A DNA stretch of 48,287 bases, from the sequence record PQ821643.1. One strand, given 5' to 3'. This document shows, piece after piece, positions 24,277-33,431 of the stretch (position 1 is its first letter; each line of letters opens with the position of its first letter). The notes beneath the pieces are model-generated. The model was not told where the DNA came from. It saw only the letters and a list, made by a program, of their open reading frames with translations, and did not search any database. This stretch comes from Klebsiella phage HZJ32. Made by a program: the position numbers and the translations under genes.

Positions 24277-24297
24277 CCCGCTTCGGCGGGTTTTTTT
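24277..24297 (+). terminator. Rho-independent terminator
   Basis: cccgc-ttcg-gcggg followed by 7 T. Confidence 0.85.
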
Positions 24298-24347
24298 GTG
24301 CCTGCAATCTGGTATACTCGCAACTCAACACAGAAGGAGGATTAACA

Positions 24348-24875
24348 ATGTCTGAAGAACGCAAAAAACGCGTAACGAAATCGCACTTCGAAGGCAATTT
24401 CAAGGCGCTATACGAAAAAGATTTTGGCGTTGTGCTGGGGCGAACCGCTGAAATGACTCCGCAACAATTCTTCGAGATCGCGAAGGGTTATTTCCAATGG
24501 GCCGAAGAAAACGCCATCAAGGCTTCGGAAACCGCCACTTTCCAGGGCGACGTTAACGAGTGGGGCGTGAACAAGCCGCGCATTTTCACGATCACAGGGT
24601 TAAGCCTGTTTTGCGGCGTGAACCAGTCAACGCTTGGGCGCTATCGTCACGATCCCAACTATGCTCCAGTCATGGAGTTTATCGACTCCGTAATCTATGA
24701 GCAGAAATTTCAGCTTGCTGCCGTCGGCATGATTAACGCTTCTTTCGTCGGAAAAGAGATGGGGATCGACAAGGGAACCAGCATCAACGTAAACGCTAAT
24801 GCAGAAGGTGGGTCTTCATCTCTGACCACGGAAGAAGTAAAAGCAGCGGTCAAGGATGTTCTTGATATGATTTGA
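24348..24875 (+). CDS. Terminase small subunit
   Basis: HTH-like architecture, directly upstream of TerL with an intervening HNH; ATG at 24348 after gaaggagg. Confidence 0.75.
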   Translation: MSEERKKRVTKSHFEGNFKALYEKDFGVVLGRTAEMTPQQFFEIAKGYFQWAEENAIKASETATFQGDVNEWGVNKPRIFTITGLSLFCGVNQSTLGRYRHDPNYAPVMEFIDSVIYEQKFQLAAVGMINASFVGKEMGIDKGTSINVNANAEGGSSSLTTEEVKAAVKDVLDMI

Positions 24876-24929
24876 TGGTAAAACGATGATATGTTATCAT
24901 GCTCTATCTTAACAGATGGAGCATTTTTT

Positions 24930-25442
24930 ATGAGTAAAGCAAAGCCACTGCCAGATCTTGAATACCTAAAAAGAATACTTGATTACAATCCTGACACCGG
25001 AATTTTCAGGTGGAAAGAGAAGGTTAGCAGAAAAACCGTAGTCGGCAGCGTTGCCGGAACGCTTAACAAGGTTCAAAACAGATACAGCATACAGATAAAC
25101 GGGAGTCTGTATAAATCTGCAAGGCTTGCATTTTATATGTACAACGGCGTAGAGCCAATTGGTGAAGTAGATCATATTAACACGATCAGAACAGACAATA
25201 GAGCGTGCAACCTTAGAGACTCCACCCACAACCAAAACGGAATGAATAAAGGAGTGCAGTCAAATAATACCAGTGGGTTTAAGGGCGTTAGCTATCACGC
25301 AAAACGGGGGGAATTTATTGCTTACGCAAAGGTTAATGGTAAGATGCATTTTGCAGGGTGGCATAAAACGGCGGAGTCGGCATCGGTAGCCGCTGCATCA
25401 TTAAGGGATAAACTACATGGGGAGTTTGCAAGGCATGGATAA
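24930..25442 (+). CDS. Free-standing HNH homing endonuclease (HNH plus AP2-like domain)
   Basis: EVDHINTIRTDNRACNLRDSTHNQNGMNKGVQSNNTSGFKGVSYHAKRGEFIAYAKVNGKMHFAGWHKTAESA. Confidence 0.85.
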   Translation: MSKAKPLPDLEYLKRILDYNPDTGIFRWKEKVSRKTVVGSVAGTLNKVQNRYSIQINGSLYKSARLAFYMYNGVEPIGEVDHINTIRTDNRACNLRDSTHNQNGMNKGVQSNNTSGFKGVSYHAKRGEFIAYAKVNGKMHFAGWHKTAESASVAAASLRDKLHGEFARHG

Positions 25443-27036
25443 ATTAATCATTTGGGAAGATCTCACGGTCGCGCAGAAGATGGCGATTAAGGAACTAAGC
25501 ACGCAAAACTTTTCGCTGTTCCTGAAGATCTGGTTTCAGATTATCCAGGGTGAAAAATTAATGTGGAACTGGCATCACTCCTACTTTTGCAGGATCGTTG
25601 ATGATATTATCAGCGGGGTTCGTGGCAGCACGATCGTAAACGTTGCCCCTGGGTCAACCAAGACGGAAGCGTTTTCAATCCACCTTGCGCCGTATGCGTA
25701 TCTAAAATGCCGGAAGGTTCGAAACCTTCAGATCTCGCAGGGTGACGCATTATCTAAGGGTAACTCGGATCGTGTAATTAAGATCTTTTCCGCTAATGAG
25801 TGGCAAGAACTATGGCCATCTAAGTTCGGTCGCAAGCAGATCGATGAATTTCAGGTGATGGACGATAACGACCGCGTAAGGCTGGAAATGGTTTCTCGTT
25901 CGTCTAGTGGCCAGATCGTCGGTAAGCGTGGCGGGTACATGACGCCGGGGTTTAGCGGCCTTATCGCGCTGGATGATATCGACAAGCCTGATTTTATGTT
26001 TTCAAAAGTCAGGCGAGAAAAAACGCATATGCTTTTAAAGAACACCATTCGATCCCGTCGAGCGAAGAAGAAGAAAGGCGACGAAACGCCAATCCTTTCC
26101 GTGCAGCAGCGATTGCACGCGCAGGATTCCACCTGGTTCATGATGAGCGGCGGCATGGCCATCGACTTCGATCGGATTGTTATCCCAGCGATGGTAACGC
26201 GGGAATATGGCGAATCACTCCCTGACTGGTTGCGACCTGAGTTCGAACGCGACGTGCTTTCCGGGCCGTCGGTGGTCATTGATGGTGTCGAATACTGGTC
26301 ATTTTGGGAGGACAACGAATCGATCGAGAACCTGGTTGCCTTGCGCGATGCCGATCTTTATACGTTCCTTTCGCAGTATCAGCAGGAGCCAATCGCATTG
26401 GGCGGTAACGTGTTTAAGTCGGAATGGTGGCGCTATTACGGAGACAGCGAAAAGGCGCATGAACCGCGCCCGGACAAGTTCGAATACACCTTCATTACGG
26501 CGGATACGGCGCAGAAGACGAACGAACTAAACGACTATTCCGTGCTGTGCTATTGGGGCAAGTACCGCGATCGCGTCTACTTCATTGATGGAATCCGTGG
26601 CAAGTGGGAAGCGCCGGATTTGCGCGTGCAGGCTGAGGCATTCATTAAGCAGTGCTGGCGCAGAAACAAGGAATGCGGGAATCTGCGAAAGATTTACATC
26701 GAAGACAAGGCGAGCGGTACGGGTCTAATCCAGGATCTGACCAAAGCAGTTAATGGCATGGGTGAGATCGTCCCGGTTCAGCGCGACAAAGATAAGGTTA
26801 CTCGCGCTATGGATGCGCAGCCAATTATCAAGGGTGGGCGTGTCGTGCTGCCGGACAATCACCCATTCGTTGCAGAGCTTGAGGCGGAGATGAGCGCGTT
26901 TACATATGACGATTCTCATCCACACGATGATATTTGCGACAACGTGTTTGACGCCGCAAACCTGGAAATGAACCTGAGCGACGATCCGGTTGAGCGAATG
27001 AAACGCCTTGCGGGATTGAAAAAGCTGGGTCGCTAA
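25435..27036 (+). CDS. Terminase large subunit
   Basis: ATPase motif VAPGSTKTE, IALDDIDKP, nuclease region FITADTAQKTNELNDYSV and DDICDNVFDA; 533 aa. Confidence 0.9.
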   Translation: MDKLIIWEDLTVAQKMAIKELSTQNFSLFLKIWFQIIQGEKLMWNWHHSYFCRIVDDIISGVRGSTIVNVAPGSTKTEAFSIHLAPYAYLKCRKVRNLQISQGDALSKGNSDRVIKIFSANEWQELWPSKFGRKQIDEFQVMDDNDRVRLEMVSRSSSGQIVGKRGGYMTPGFSGLIALDDIDKPDFMFSKVRREKTHMLLKNTIRSRRAKKKKGDETPILSVQQRLHAQDSTWFMMSGGMAIDFDRIVIPAMVTREYGESLPDWLRPEFERDVLSGPSVVIDGVEYWSFWEDNESIENLVALRDADLYTFLSQYQQEPIALGGNVFKSEWWRYYGDSEKAHEPRPDKFEYTFITADTAQKTNELNDYSVLCYWGKYRDRVYFIDGIRGKWEAPDLRVQAEAFIKQCWRRNKECGNLRKIYIEDKASGTGLIQDLTKAVNGMGEIVPVQRDKDKVTRAMDAQPIIKGGRVVLPDNHPFVAELEAEMSAFTYDDSHPHDDICDNVFDAANLEMNLSDDPVERMKRLAGLKKLGR

Positions 27037-27081
27037 TACATAATGTGGGCCTGACGGCCCACACTTAAACAAGGTTGAAAT

Positions 27082-28392
27082 ATGAATAACATTAAGATGG
27101 ACGACTATAATCAAATCTTTAATGGTGGCGCTGGTTATGCGTCAACCCTCGCGTCTATCGCGGCAAGATTTGGAACAATGTCGCAGGTTGAAGAGTTCTA
27201 TCATGAAAACGGCATGGCGAAGAAAATCGTTGACGTGATTCCGGAAGAGATGGTCGCTCCCGGCTTCCAGCTAAACGGCATTTCAGATAACACCAAGTTT
27301 CAATCAGAATGGGACGGGTTAAATCTGGAACCGCAAATCACCGATGCTCTTTGCTGGGCGCGGCTGTATGGTGGCTCCTACGTCCTGGCGATGGTTAACG
27401 ATGGTCGCGCGTTGACTTCGGCAGCGAAGCGGGGTAAGCCGCTCGAATCGATCGTTGTTTACGACCATGATTCCGTTTCCGTCGCAGAGGAGGAAACCAG
27501 CCCACGAAGCCCACGATTCGGAAAGCCTAAAATGTACGAGGTGAAGCCGCTAAACGGCGGGCAACCGTTCAAGGTGCATTATACCCGTATGCACTACATC
27601 GACGGCGAGCGAGTAACCAACAAGGTGCGCCAGCTAAATAATGGCGCTGGTGGTTCGGTGCTGAATAAGTCGATCATTGAAGCGATTCTTGACTACGACT
27701 ATTCGGAATATCTGGCAACGCAGCTACTGAAGCGCAAGCAGCAGGGCGTATGGAAGGCGAAAGGCCTGGCGCTAATCTGCGACGACAAGGAAGGCGAGTA
27801 CGCCGCCCGGTTGCGCATGGCGCAGGTTGATGCTAATTCCGGCGTCGGAAACACGATCGGCATTGATGCGGACGACGAAGAGTACAACGTTATCAACTCC
27901 GATATTTCAGGCATCCCGGAATTCCTTTCCGCGAAAATGGATCGGATTGTCGCCCTGTCAGGCATTCACGAGATCGTGCTAAAAAACAAAAACACTGGTG
28001 GCGTAAGCGCAAGCCAGAACACGGCGCTACAGACGTTCTACAAACTGGTTGACCGCAAGCGCAATGACGATTACAAGCCGCTGTTAGAATTCCTGTTACA
28101 GTTCATCGTAACGGAGGAGGAATACAGCGTCGAGTTCGAACCGTTGTCGCTGCCTACCGATGCGGAGAAAGCGGATATCTTCCAGAAGAACGCCAACGCG
28201 GCTCGCGGCCTCGTTACCGACCAGGTTATTGACGCCAACGAAGCGCGTGATACTCTGTCGGCGTTAATTCCGGAACTGAAGCTAAAAGGCAACGCGCCGA
28301 AGCAGAAAAAACTTCCGGATCGCGCCGCTGGTTCAGGCAGCACGCAAAGCGCAGAGATCTTAAACAACACGGAGGCGGATGATGAGAGTTAA
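27082..28392 (+). CDS. Portal protein (DUF1073-type)
   Basis: 436 aa downstream of TerL; MAKKIVDVIPEEMVAPGFQL, ARLYGGSYVLAMVNDG, LKNKNTGGVSASQNTALQTFYKLVD. Confidence 0.85.
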   Translation: MNNIKMDDYNQIFNGGAGYASTLASIAARFGTMSQVEEFYHENGMAKKIVDVIPEEMVAPGFQLNGISDNTKFQSEWDGLNLEPQITDALCWARLYGGSYVLAMVNDGRALTSAAKRGKPLESIVVYDHDSVSVAEEETSPRSPRFGKPKMYEVKPLNGGQPFKVHYTRMHYIDGERVTNKVRQLNNGAGGSVLNKSIIEAILDYDYSEYLATQLLKRKQQGVWKAKGLALICDDKEGEYAARLRMAQVDANSGVGNTIGIDADDEEYNVINSDISGIPEFLSAKMDRIVALSGIHEIVLKNKNTGGVSASQNTALQTFYKLVDRKRNDDYKPLLEFLLQFIVTEEEYSVEFEPLSLPTDAEKADIFQKNANAARGLVTDQVIDANEARDTLSALIPELKLKGNAPKQKKLPDRAAGSGSTQSAEILNNTEADDES

Positions 28393-29146
28393 CGGCAGAA
28401 TCCCAAACTGGCGTTATCCTGAAGCAAGCGAACGGGAGTTATCCCGTTCCATGCAGGACGCGGTGACAGAACTCGTGGTAGAAATGCGCGATCGATTAGA
28501 TCGCCTGAAATTTGACGCCACGGCGGAGGAAATCAGCCAGGCGGAAGACGATATCAGCGAATCGGCCATCGTGTTCTTTTCCGCCGTAATTGCGGCGCTT
28601 TCCTCCATTGGGTTGACTATCTATAGATTCAATTCTAAACAGTGGCTTGCAATTGCGATCGCGGCTGGCGGGCGGAACAACGAATCAGTTATGCGCCTTA
28701 AAGAATTCGGCGCTGGCGGGTATGAAGACTGGTATCAGGAAGCGCTGAGGAAGTGGGAAGATGCCGCCGAAGCGTCAATCAGGAAGTTAGCAAGCGATAT
28801 CGTTGCTGACTGGACGACGAAAGTTAGAACCGCCAACAACATCGGCAAGTCTCGCAAGCAGATCGATGAAATCATCGAAGGTCGATACGCTATTTATGGT
28901 AGCTGGTCGCGCAACCGGGCAAGCGGAATCATCGGAACTTTTAACAGTATGTTGATGATGCAGCGCCTAAAAGATGCTAAAGTATCGCATTACTTTTGGT
29001 TCGGGATGATGGACGACCGCGAGCGCGAGAGCCATATCAAGCTAGAAGGTAAGCGACGCCCCGTTAATGGTGACGGCATTTTCCCCGGTGAAGAATATCA
29101 ATGCAGATGCTGGGCATGCCCGGACTTCGAAAATATTGAGGGTTAG
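28382..29146 (+). CDS. Head morphogenesis protein (Mu gpF-like)
   Basis: FWFGMMDDRERESHIKLEGKRRPVNGDGIFPGEEYQCRCWACPDF is typical of the gpF-like C-terminus. Confidence 0.8.
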   Translation: MRVNGRIPNWRYPEASERELSRSMQDAVTELVVEMRDRLDRLKFDATAEEISQAEDDISESAIVFFSAVIAALSSIGLTIYRFNSKQWLAIAIAAGGRNNESVMRLKEFGAGGYEDWYQEALRKWEDAAEASIRKLASDIVADWTTKVRTANNIGKSRKQIDEIIEGRYAIYGSWSRNRASGIIGTFNSMLMMQRLKDAKVSHYFWFGMMDDRERESHIKLEGKRRPVNGDGIFPGEEYQCRCWACPDFENIEG

Positions 29147-29147
29147 C

Positions 29148-29633
29148 ATGGATTGGAATAATGTATTCACCTATGATGATGGATTACTTAGATGGAGGGG
29201 TAAGCCTTCTAATAACGTTGAGGCTGGAGATGTTGCGGGATGTTTTGATGGTGATGGATACAGAGTTGTTACAATAAAGCCAAAGCAGTACAAGCAACAT
29301 CGAATTGTATGGGAGATGCATAACGGGCCAATCCCAGAAGGAATGGAGATCGATCATGAAAATCACGTAAGAAGCGATAACAGAATCGAGAACCTGAGAC
29401 TTGTGACAACAAAGCAGAATAAGCGCAATTATACAAGGCTAAGGAATAACACTTCTGGGGTAACTGGCGTCAGTTGGCACAAATCTTACAAAAAGTGGCA
29501 AGTGACAATTTACGACAATCACGGAAAGCGAGTGTACCTCGGAAGGTTTTCTGACTTTGACGAGGCGGTTAAGGTTCGCAGAGAAGCAGAAAAGTTATAT
29601 AATTACCACCCTAATCACGGAGATAAAAAATGA
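29148..29633 (+). CDS. Free-standing HNH homing endonuclease (HNH plus AP2-like domain)
   Basis: HRIVWEMHNGPIPEGMEIDHENHVRSDNRIENLRLVTTKQNKRNYTRLRNNTSGVTGVSWHKSYKKWQVTI. Confidence 0.85.
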   Translation: MDWNNVFTYDDGLLRWRGKPSNNVEAGDVAGCFDGDGYRVVTIKPKQYKQHRIVWEMHNGPIPEGMEIDHENHVRSDNRIENLRLVTTKQNKRNYTRLRNNTSGVTGVSWHKSYKKWQVTIYDNHGKRVYLGRFSDFDEAVKVRREAEKLYNYHPNHGDKK

Positions 29634-30760
29634 AAAGAGTTCAAAGGTTCGACACGGTAAAGATGAAGGCCCGATTCGATGAGAACGGCTTTCTGGTTGA
29701 TACTCCGATCGTGGCGCGTATCGGTGCGCAGACGTACCAGACGCCAACCGGGCCGCGAGTAGAGTTCCGCCCGCGTTCTGAGGTGTTTGATGCTGAATCG
29801 CTGGCTTCATACCAGGGCAAGCCAATCACTTTGGGTCACAAGATGGTGAACGCGCAGAACGCAAAAGGCCTTGTCGTTGGCTCGTGCTCCGGCGCTGGCA
29901 AAGAAGAGGGGATCGGCGTTCTTGTTCCGGTGATGATTTACGATGGCGAGTCAATCGAGCAAGCCAAAAAGCGCGTAGCGGCTGAGTTATCCGTGGGCTA
30001 CACTTCGGTCGATATCGATCGCAAAGGTTGGGGCAATAACGCAACTGGCGAATATTATTTCGACGAAGACCTACCGGAAAACTTCGAAGAGATGAAAAAT
30101 GATTCCGTCTCTGATTGGGTTCGCTTTGATGCAGTGCAAACGAAGATTCGCGTGAATCACGTCGCGCTTGTTTTCCGTGGTCGTGCCGGGATTGCGAAAT
30201 TAAATCTTGATAGCGAACAAGAATTCCCCTATGATGACGACTCAAACCACAAAGGAGCTAAAACAATGATCATTAAAATTGACGGCGTAGATATTGAAGT
30301 GGCCGATAACGTAGGCGCTTACATTGCCAAACTAGACGCGCAAGTTGCATCAGCAACCAGTCAGGTAACTAGCATCACCGCAGAGCGTGACGCGCTTCAG
30401 GCCAAAGTTGATGGCATTGAAGATGAAGTTGCCGCCCGCGTTGCTAAAATCAAAGCCGACGAAGACGCAAAACAGAAAGTTATCGCGGTGGTTTCTGCCG
30501 CTGGCGTCAAGTGCGACGGCCTGGATGTTAAGGCGATGAAGGTTGCTTACATCAAAGAGGTCGACGGTCGTGATCTGTCTGACAAAGAAGATTCGTACAT
30601 CGACGCTTCTTTTGACTTTATCGCCAACTCTGATAAGATGGCTGGCAATCGCTCCAAAGTCTTCGGCAAAAAAGAAGATGGCGAGCAAAAAGACAAAGGC
30701 GGCTTACCGAAACTTGACGGCACCGAAATCATCGATCCGCAGGCAAAATTCCGCCGCTAA
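29630..30760 (+). CDS. Prohead protease/scaffold-like protein (DUF2213-type)
   Basis: N-terminal DUF2213-like region and a coiled-coil-rich C-terminus, upstream of decoration and capsid genes. Confidence 0.7.
   Translation: MKRVQRFDTVKMKARFDENGFLVDTPIVARIGAQTYQTPTGPRVEFRPRSEVFDAESLASYQGKPITLGHKMVNAQNAKGLVVGSCSGAGKEEGIGVLVPVMIYDGESIEQAKKRVAAELSVGYTSVDIDRKGWGNNATGEYYFDEDLPENFEEMKNDSVSDWVRFDAVQTKIRVNHVALVFRGRAGIAKLNLDSEQEFPYDDDSNHKGAKTMIIKIDGVDIEVADNVGAYIAKLDAQVASATSQVTSITAERDALQAKVDGIEDEVAARVAKIKADEDAKQKVIAVVSAAGVKCDGLDVKAMKVAYIKEVDGRDLSDKEDSYIDASFDFIANSDKMAGNRSKVFGKKEDGEQKDKGGLPKLDGTEIIDPQAKFRR
30266..30760 (+). CDS. Possible nested in-frame scaffold ORF with its own RBS
   Basis: aaaggag (30251-30257) then ATG at 30266, in frame with 29630; encodes MIIKIDGVDIEVADNVGAYIAKLDAQVASATSQ... 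Confidence 0.5.
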   Translation: MIIKIDGVDIEVADNVGAYIAKLDAQVASATSQVTSITAERDALQAKVDGIEDEVAARVAKIKADEDAKQKVIAVVSAAGVKCDGLDVKAMKVAYIKEVDGRDLSDKEDSYIDASFDFIANSDKMAGNRSKVFGKKEDGEQKDKGGLPKLDGTEIIDPQAKFRR

Positions 30761-30811
30761 TAATTTGCGGCCTTCGGGCCGCTACCAGACCAAATAAACA
30801 GGAGATTCAAA

Positions 30812-31474
30812 ATGGCACAGATTCCAGCTTCTTATTCCCGCAAGCGTGATATTGCAGTAGCGGGGCAGATCGCTGATACGTCACTTTACAATATCGACGG
30901 CACTTGTGTTGCTGAAGGCGATATCAAAGCTGGCGTACTGGTGGCTTCCACTGGCGCAGTTTCCAATGGCCACAAGGTCGTTAAACCAGCAACCGCAGCG
31001 AGCGACGTCGTTGTTGGCATCGCGCAGTTCTCGCAAGCCTACTCGCCGGAAGGCCAGTATGATGACGAAAGCGCAGTTAACGTTATGACTCATGGCCGCA
31101 TTTGGGCTGTCGCAGACGCAACTGTTACTGAAGAAGATTGCGTCTTTAATTCCTTCGTCACCTTTACCGCCAATGGCACCGTAGAGAAGGGTGATGCAGG
31201 GGTTATCAAAACTGGCTACCGACACACTGGCGAATACACCAAAAACGCAGATGGCACTGTTCTGGTGAAAGTGCAGGTTTTGCAGGGTTTTGGGAATCAG
31301 CCGATTGGTGAGCAAGGCCCGCAGGGTGTCCAGGGAATCCAGGGCATTCAAGGCCCAAAGGGTGACAAGGGCGACCCTGGCCCGCAAGGCCCGCAAGGCC
31401 CGAAAGGTGATAAAGGCGACCCTGGCCCGCAAGGCCCGAAAGGCGACAAAGGCGATCCTGGGGCGCCTGCTTGA
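30812..31474 (+). CDS. Head decoration-like protein with C-terminal collagen-like (G-X-Y) repeats
   Basis: Position between protease/scaffold and major capsid; C-terminus [52 protein letters not shown]. Confidence 0.7.
   Translation: MAQIPASYSRKRDIAVAGQIADTSLYNIDGTCVAEGDIKAGVLVASTGAVSNGHKVVKPATAASDVVVGIAQFSQAYSPEGQYDDESAVNVMTHGRIWAVADATVTEEDCVFNSFVTFTANGTVEKGDAGVIKTGYRHTGEYTKNADGTVLVKVQVLQGFGNQPIGEQGPQGVQGIQGIQGPKGDKGDPGPQGPQGPKGDKGDPGPQGPKGDKGDPGAPA
31314..31470 (+). repeat. Degenerate 9-nt periodic repeat encoding G-X-Y triplets
   Basis: Recurring ggcccgcaaggcccgaaaggtgataaaggcgaccct units. Confidence 0.85.
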
Positions 31475-31484
31475 TAATAAAGCG

Positions 31485-31505
31485 TGGGGCTTCGGCCCCA
31501 TTTTT
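31485..31505 (+). terminator. Rho-independent terminator
   Basis: tggggc-ttcg-gcccca followed by a T run. Confidence 0.8.
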
Positions 31506-31522
31506 GCACCAGAAAAAAACCT

Positions 31523-31550
31523 TTGACGGCTTAACGATTCGTGATATTCT
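31523..31550 (+). promoter_or_regulatory. Candidate sigma70 promoter for the major capsid gene
   Basis: TTGACG-N16-TATTCT. Confidence 0.4.
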
Positions 31551-31589
31551 TCATCTCGTTAAGCTAAATACACAAACAGGAGTTTTCAG

Positions 31590-32549
31590 ATGACTATGAA
31601 ATTAGATGCATTCGAACAGAGTGCCATTAAGGTCGCAATGCAGGGCATGGGCGTCGATGCCGCAAAACTGGATGCTTACGGTATCTGGACTGTTAAGCAG
31701 ATGACTCAATTACTGAATCGCCAGTATGAGCAGGCATACCCGCAGACCAGCGCACTTGAGCTTTTCCCGGTAACTACCGAGATCTCACCGACCGCCCGCC
31801 GCTTTGAGTGGCTCGAATTCGATGGCGTAACTTCTGCGAAAATTATCGCCGATTACACCGACGACCTGCCGACCGTTGAAGCTATGGCGAAAGAGAAGTC
31901 AGGGAAAGTTTTCCGCCTGGGTAACGCGTGGTTTATTTCCATCGACGAAATTAAAACTGGCGCTGCGCTGGGTTCCAGCCTGAGCGATCGCAAGGCAACT
32001 CTGGCCCGCGAAGGTCATGAGACGCTCGTTAATGATCTGGTGTTCAAAGGCTCCGCTCCTCACGGCATCGTGAGCGTTTTCGACCATCCGAACATTAACC
32101 GCATGACCGCCAGCGCGGCTTGGGGCGATGACGCGGCAGCGGCTGAAAAGGCATTCGAAGATCTGGAAGACCTGCTAAACCTGATCGAAGAAACCACGCT
32201 GGGCCGCCATCATGCAACGAACATCGTGATTCCGCCGTCCAAACGCCGTCTTCTGACCAAGAAGATGCCGGACACTAGCGGCGACTCTTATCTTACCTGG
32301 TTCACCAAGAACCACCAGAACATCACCATTACGGCGATGGCGGAGCTGGAAGATATTGACGGCGCAGGCACCAAAGGCGTGCTGGCATACGAAAAAGACC
32401 CAATGAACATGAGCATCGAGATCCCTGAGCGGTTCAACATGCTGCCGATGCAGCCGAAAGACCTGCATTTCAAAGTTCCTTGCACCTCCAAATGCACTGG
32501 TCTCATCGTGTACCGCCCGCTGACTATTGCGATTCTCACCGGGATTTAA
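31590..32549 (+). CDS. Major capsid protein (DUF2184-type)
   Basis: 319 aa; ARRFEWLEFDGVTSAKIIADYTDDLPTVEA...; position and size; flanked by terminators. The start may be the second ATG. Confidence 0.85.
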   Translation: MTMKLDAFEQSAIKVAMQGMGVDAAKLDAYGIWTVKQMTQLLNRQYEQAYPQTSALELFPVTTEISPTARRFEWLEFDGVTSAKIIADYTDDLPTVEAMAKEKSGKVFRLGNAWFISIDEIKTGAALGSSLSDRKATLAREGHETLVNDLVFKGSAPHGIVSVFDHPNINRMTASAAWGDDAAAAEKAFEDLEDLLNLIEETTLGRHHATNIVIPPSKRRLLTKKMPDTSGDSYLTWFTKNHQNITITAMAELEDIDGAGTKGVLAYEKDPMNMSIEIPERFNMLPMQPKDLHFKVPCTSKCTGLIVYRPLTIAILTGI

Positions 32550-32556
32550 TCAAAAA

Positions 32557-32578
32557 AGCGCCTTCGGGCGCTTTTTTA
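32557..32578 (+). terminator. Rho-independent terminator
   Basis: agcgcc-ttcg-ggcgct followed by Ts. Confidence 0.85.
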
Positions 32579-32641
32579 TTGCATTGCATTCTACAATGTG
32601 CTTTAATTTGAAACCTAAAGTAAACCAATGGAGCATTAACA

Positions 32642-32956
32642 ATGGCCAGTAAAAAAGAAACCGTAGAAACCGTAGAAACCGTCGAAACCGTCGAAACCGT
32701 AGAAACCACCAGTGCCGAACAGGCGTCGCAGGTTGTTCAACTACAAAACGTTGGTGCATGTGCAATTCGCTATAAAGGCAAAAATTACGTCTATGAGCAG
32801 GTTTTTGAAGTGCCGGAAAACGAAATCGACCGCTTCCGCCACGAAATCTTCAAAGGCCGCGTCGAGTTCTACGACAATCCGAAACGCACGCGCGAATACA
32901 TCGCAGCAGTGAAGGCAAAAGCGAAAGAGATCGTGCAGCCTAAAAGCGCGGAATAA
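32642..32956 (+). CDS. Small structural-module protein with N-terminal (VET)n repeat
   Basis: [27 protein letters not shown]..., followed by a compact domain. Confidence 0.6.
   Translation: MASKKETVETVETVETVETVETTSAEQASQVVQLQNVGACAIRYKGKNYVYEQVFEVPENEIDRFRHEIFKGRVEFYDNPKRTREYIAAVKAKAKEIVQPKSAE
32655..32708 (+). repeat. 9-bp tandem repeat gtagaaacc/gtcgaaacc (about 6 copies)
   Basis: Visible direct repetition encoding (VET)n. Confidence 0.85.
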
Positions 32957-33009
32957 CAAAAACCAACAAAGGGCGCTTCGGCGTCCTTTTTCATATCAGG
33001 AGATCGACC

Positions 33010-33426
33010 ATGAGTTACACAATTCAAGATGTGATCGATAAAATGCGCAGCCTTGCACCTCCGCTTAAAGAAGTTCCAGATGAACTGCTGTCTGCGTGGG
33101 TTGTGCTTGCCGAAGAGTTCGTTTGCAAATCCAGGTTCGGAGATTCCATTATTACGGCGATCGCATTGATGACCATGCACCTAATGTTTTTGGATGGCGC
33201 GATGAAGCAAGAAGGCGAAAGCCTGGAATCTTACACGCAGCGAGTGGCATCGTTCACCCTGACCGGGGAGTTTTCCCAAACCTTCGATCGCGTGTCGGCA
33301 TCAAGCGACAACGAAATGCTTTCTACGCCGTGGGGCAAAATGTACTGGCGTATGCTCAAAATGCGAGGCGGTGGCTTCGGCCTGCTTACCGCTGGCAACG
33401 TTCGGCGTTGCGGAGTTGGGAGGTAA
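33010..33426 (+). CDS. DUF4054-type head-tail connector protein
   Basis: 138 aa; [19 protein letters not shown]...[20 protein letters not shown]. Confidence 0.7.
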   Translation: MSYTIQDVIDKMRSLAPPLKEVPDELLSAWVVLAEEFVCKSRFGDSIITAIALMTMHLMFLDGAMKQEGESLESYTQRVASFTLTGEFSQTFDRVSASSDNEMLSTPWGKMYWRMLKMRGGGFGLLTAGNVRRCGVGR

Positions 33427-33431
33427 TCGCA

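Noticed and set aside
27043-27067. gtgggcc-tgac-ggcccac as a terminator after terL
   Set aside because: A strong hairpin but no downstream T run (followed by acttaaac); more likely an mRNA processing or stability element.
27082-28392. Portal-like protein as an anti-CBASS (Acb1) factor
   Set aside because: Database names sometimes attach that label to DUF1073-type portals; position after terminase and size support the portal role.
30764-30780. gcggcc-ttcg-ggccgc as a terminator before the decoration gene
   Set aside because: The hairpin is followed by taccagacc without a T tract, so termination is not supported.
31314-31470. Periodic repeats as a CRISPR array
   Set aside because: The repeats are in-frame collagen-like coding triplets without unique spacers.
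30881-31501. 206-aa minus-strand ORF with repeats [11 protein letters not shown]
   Set aside because: Antisense shadow of the collagen-like repeat gene.
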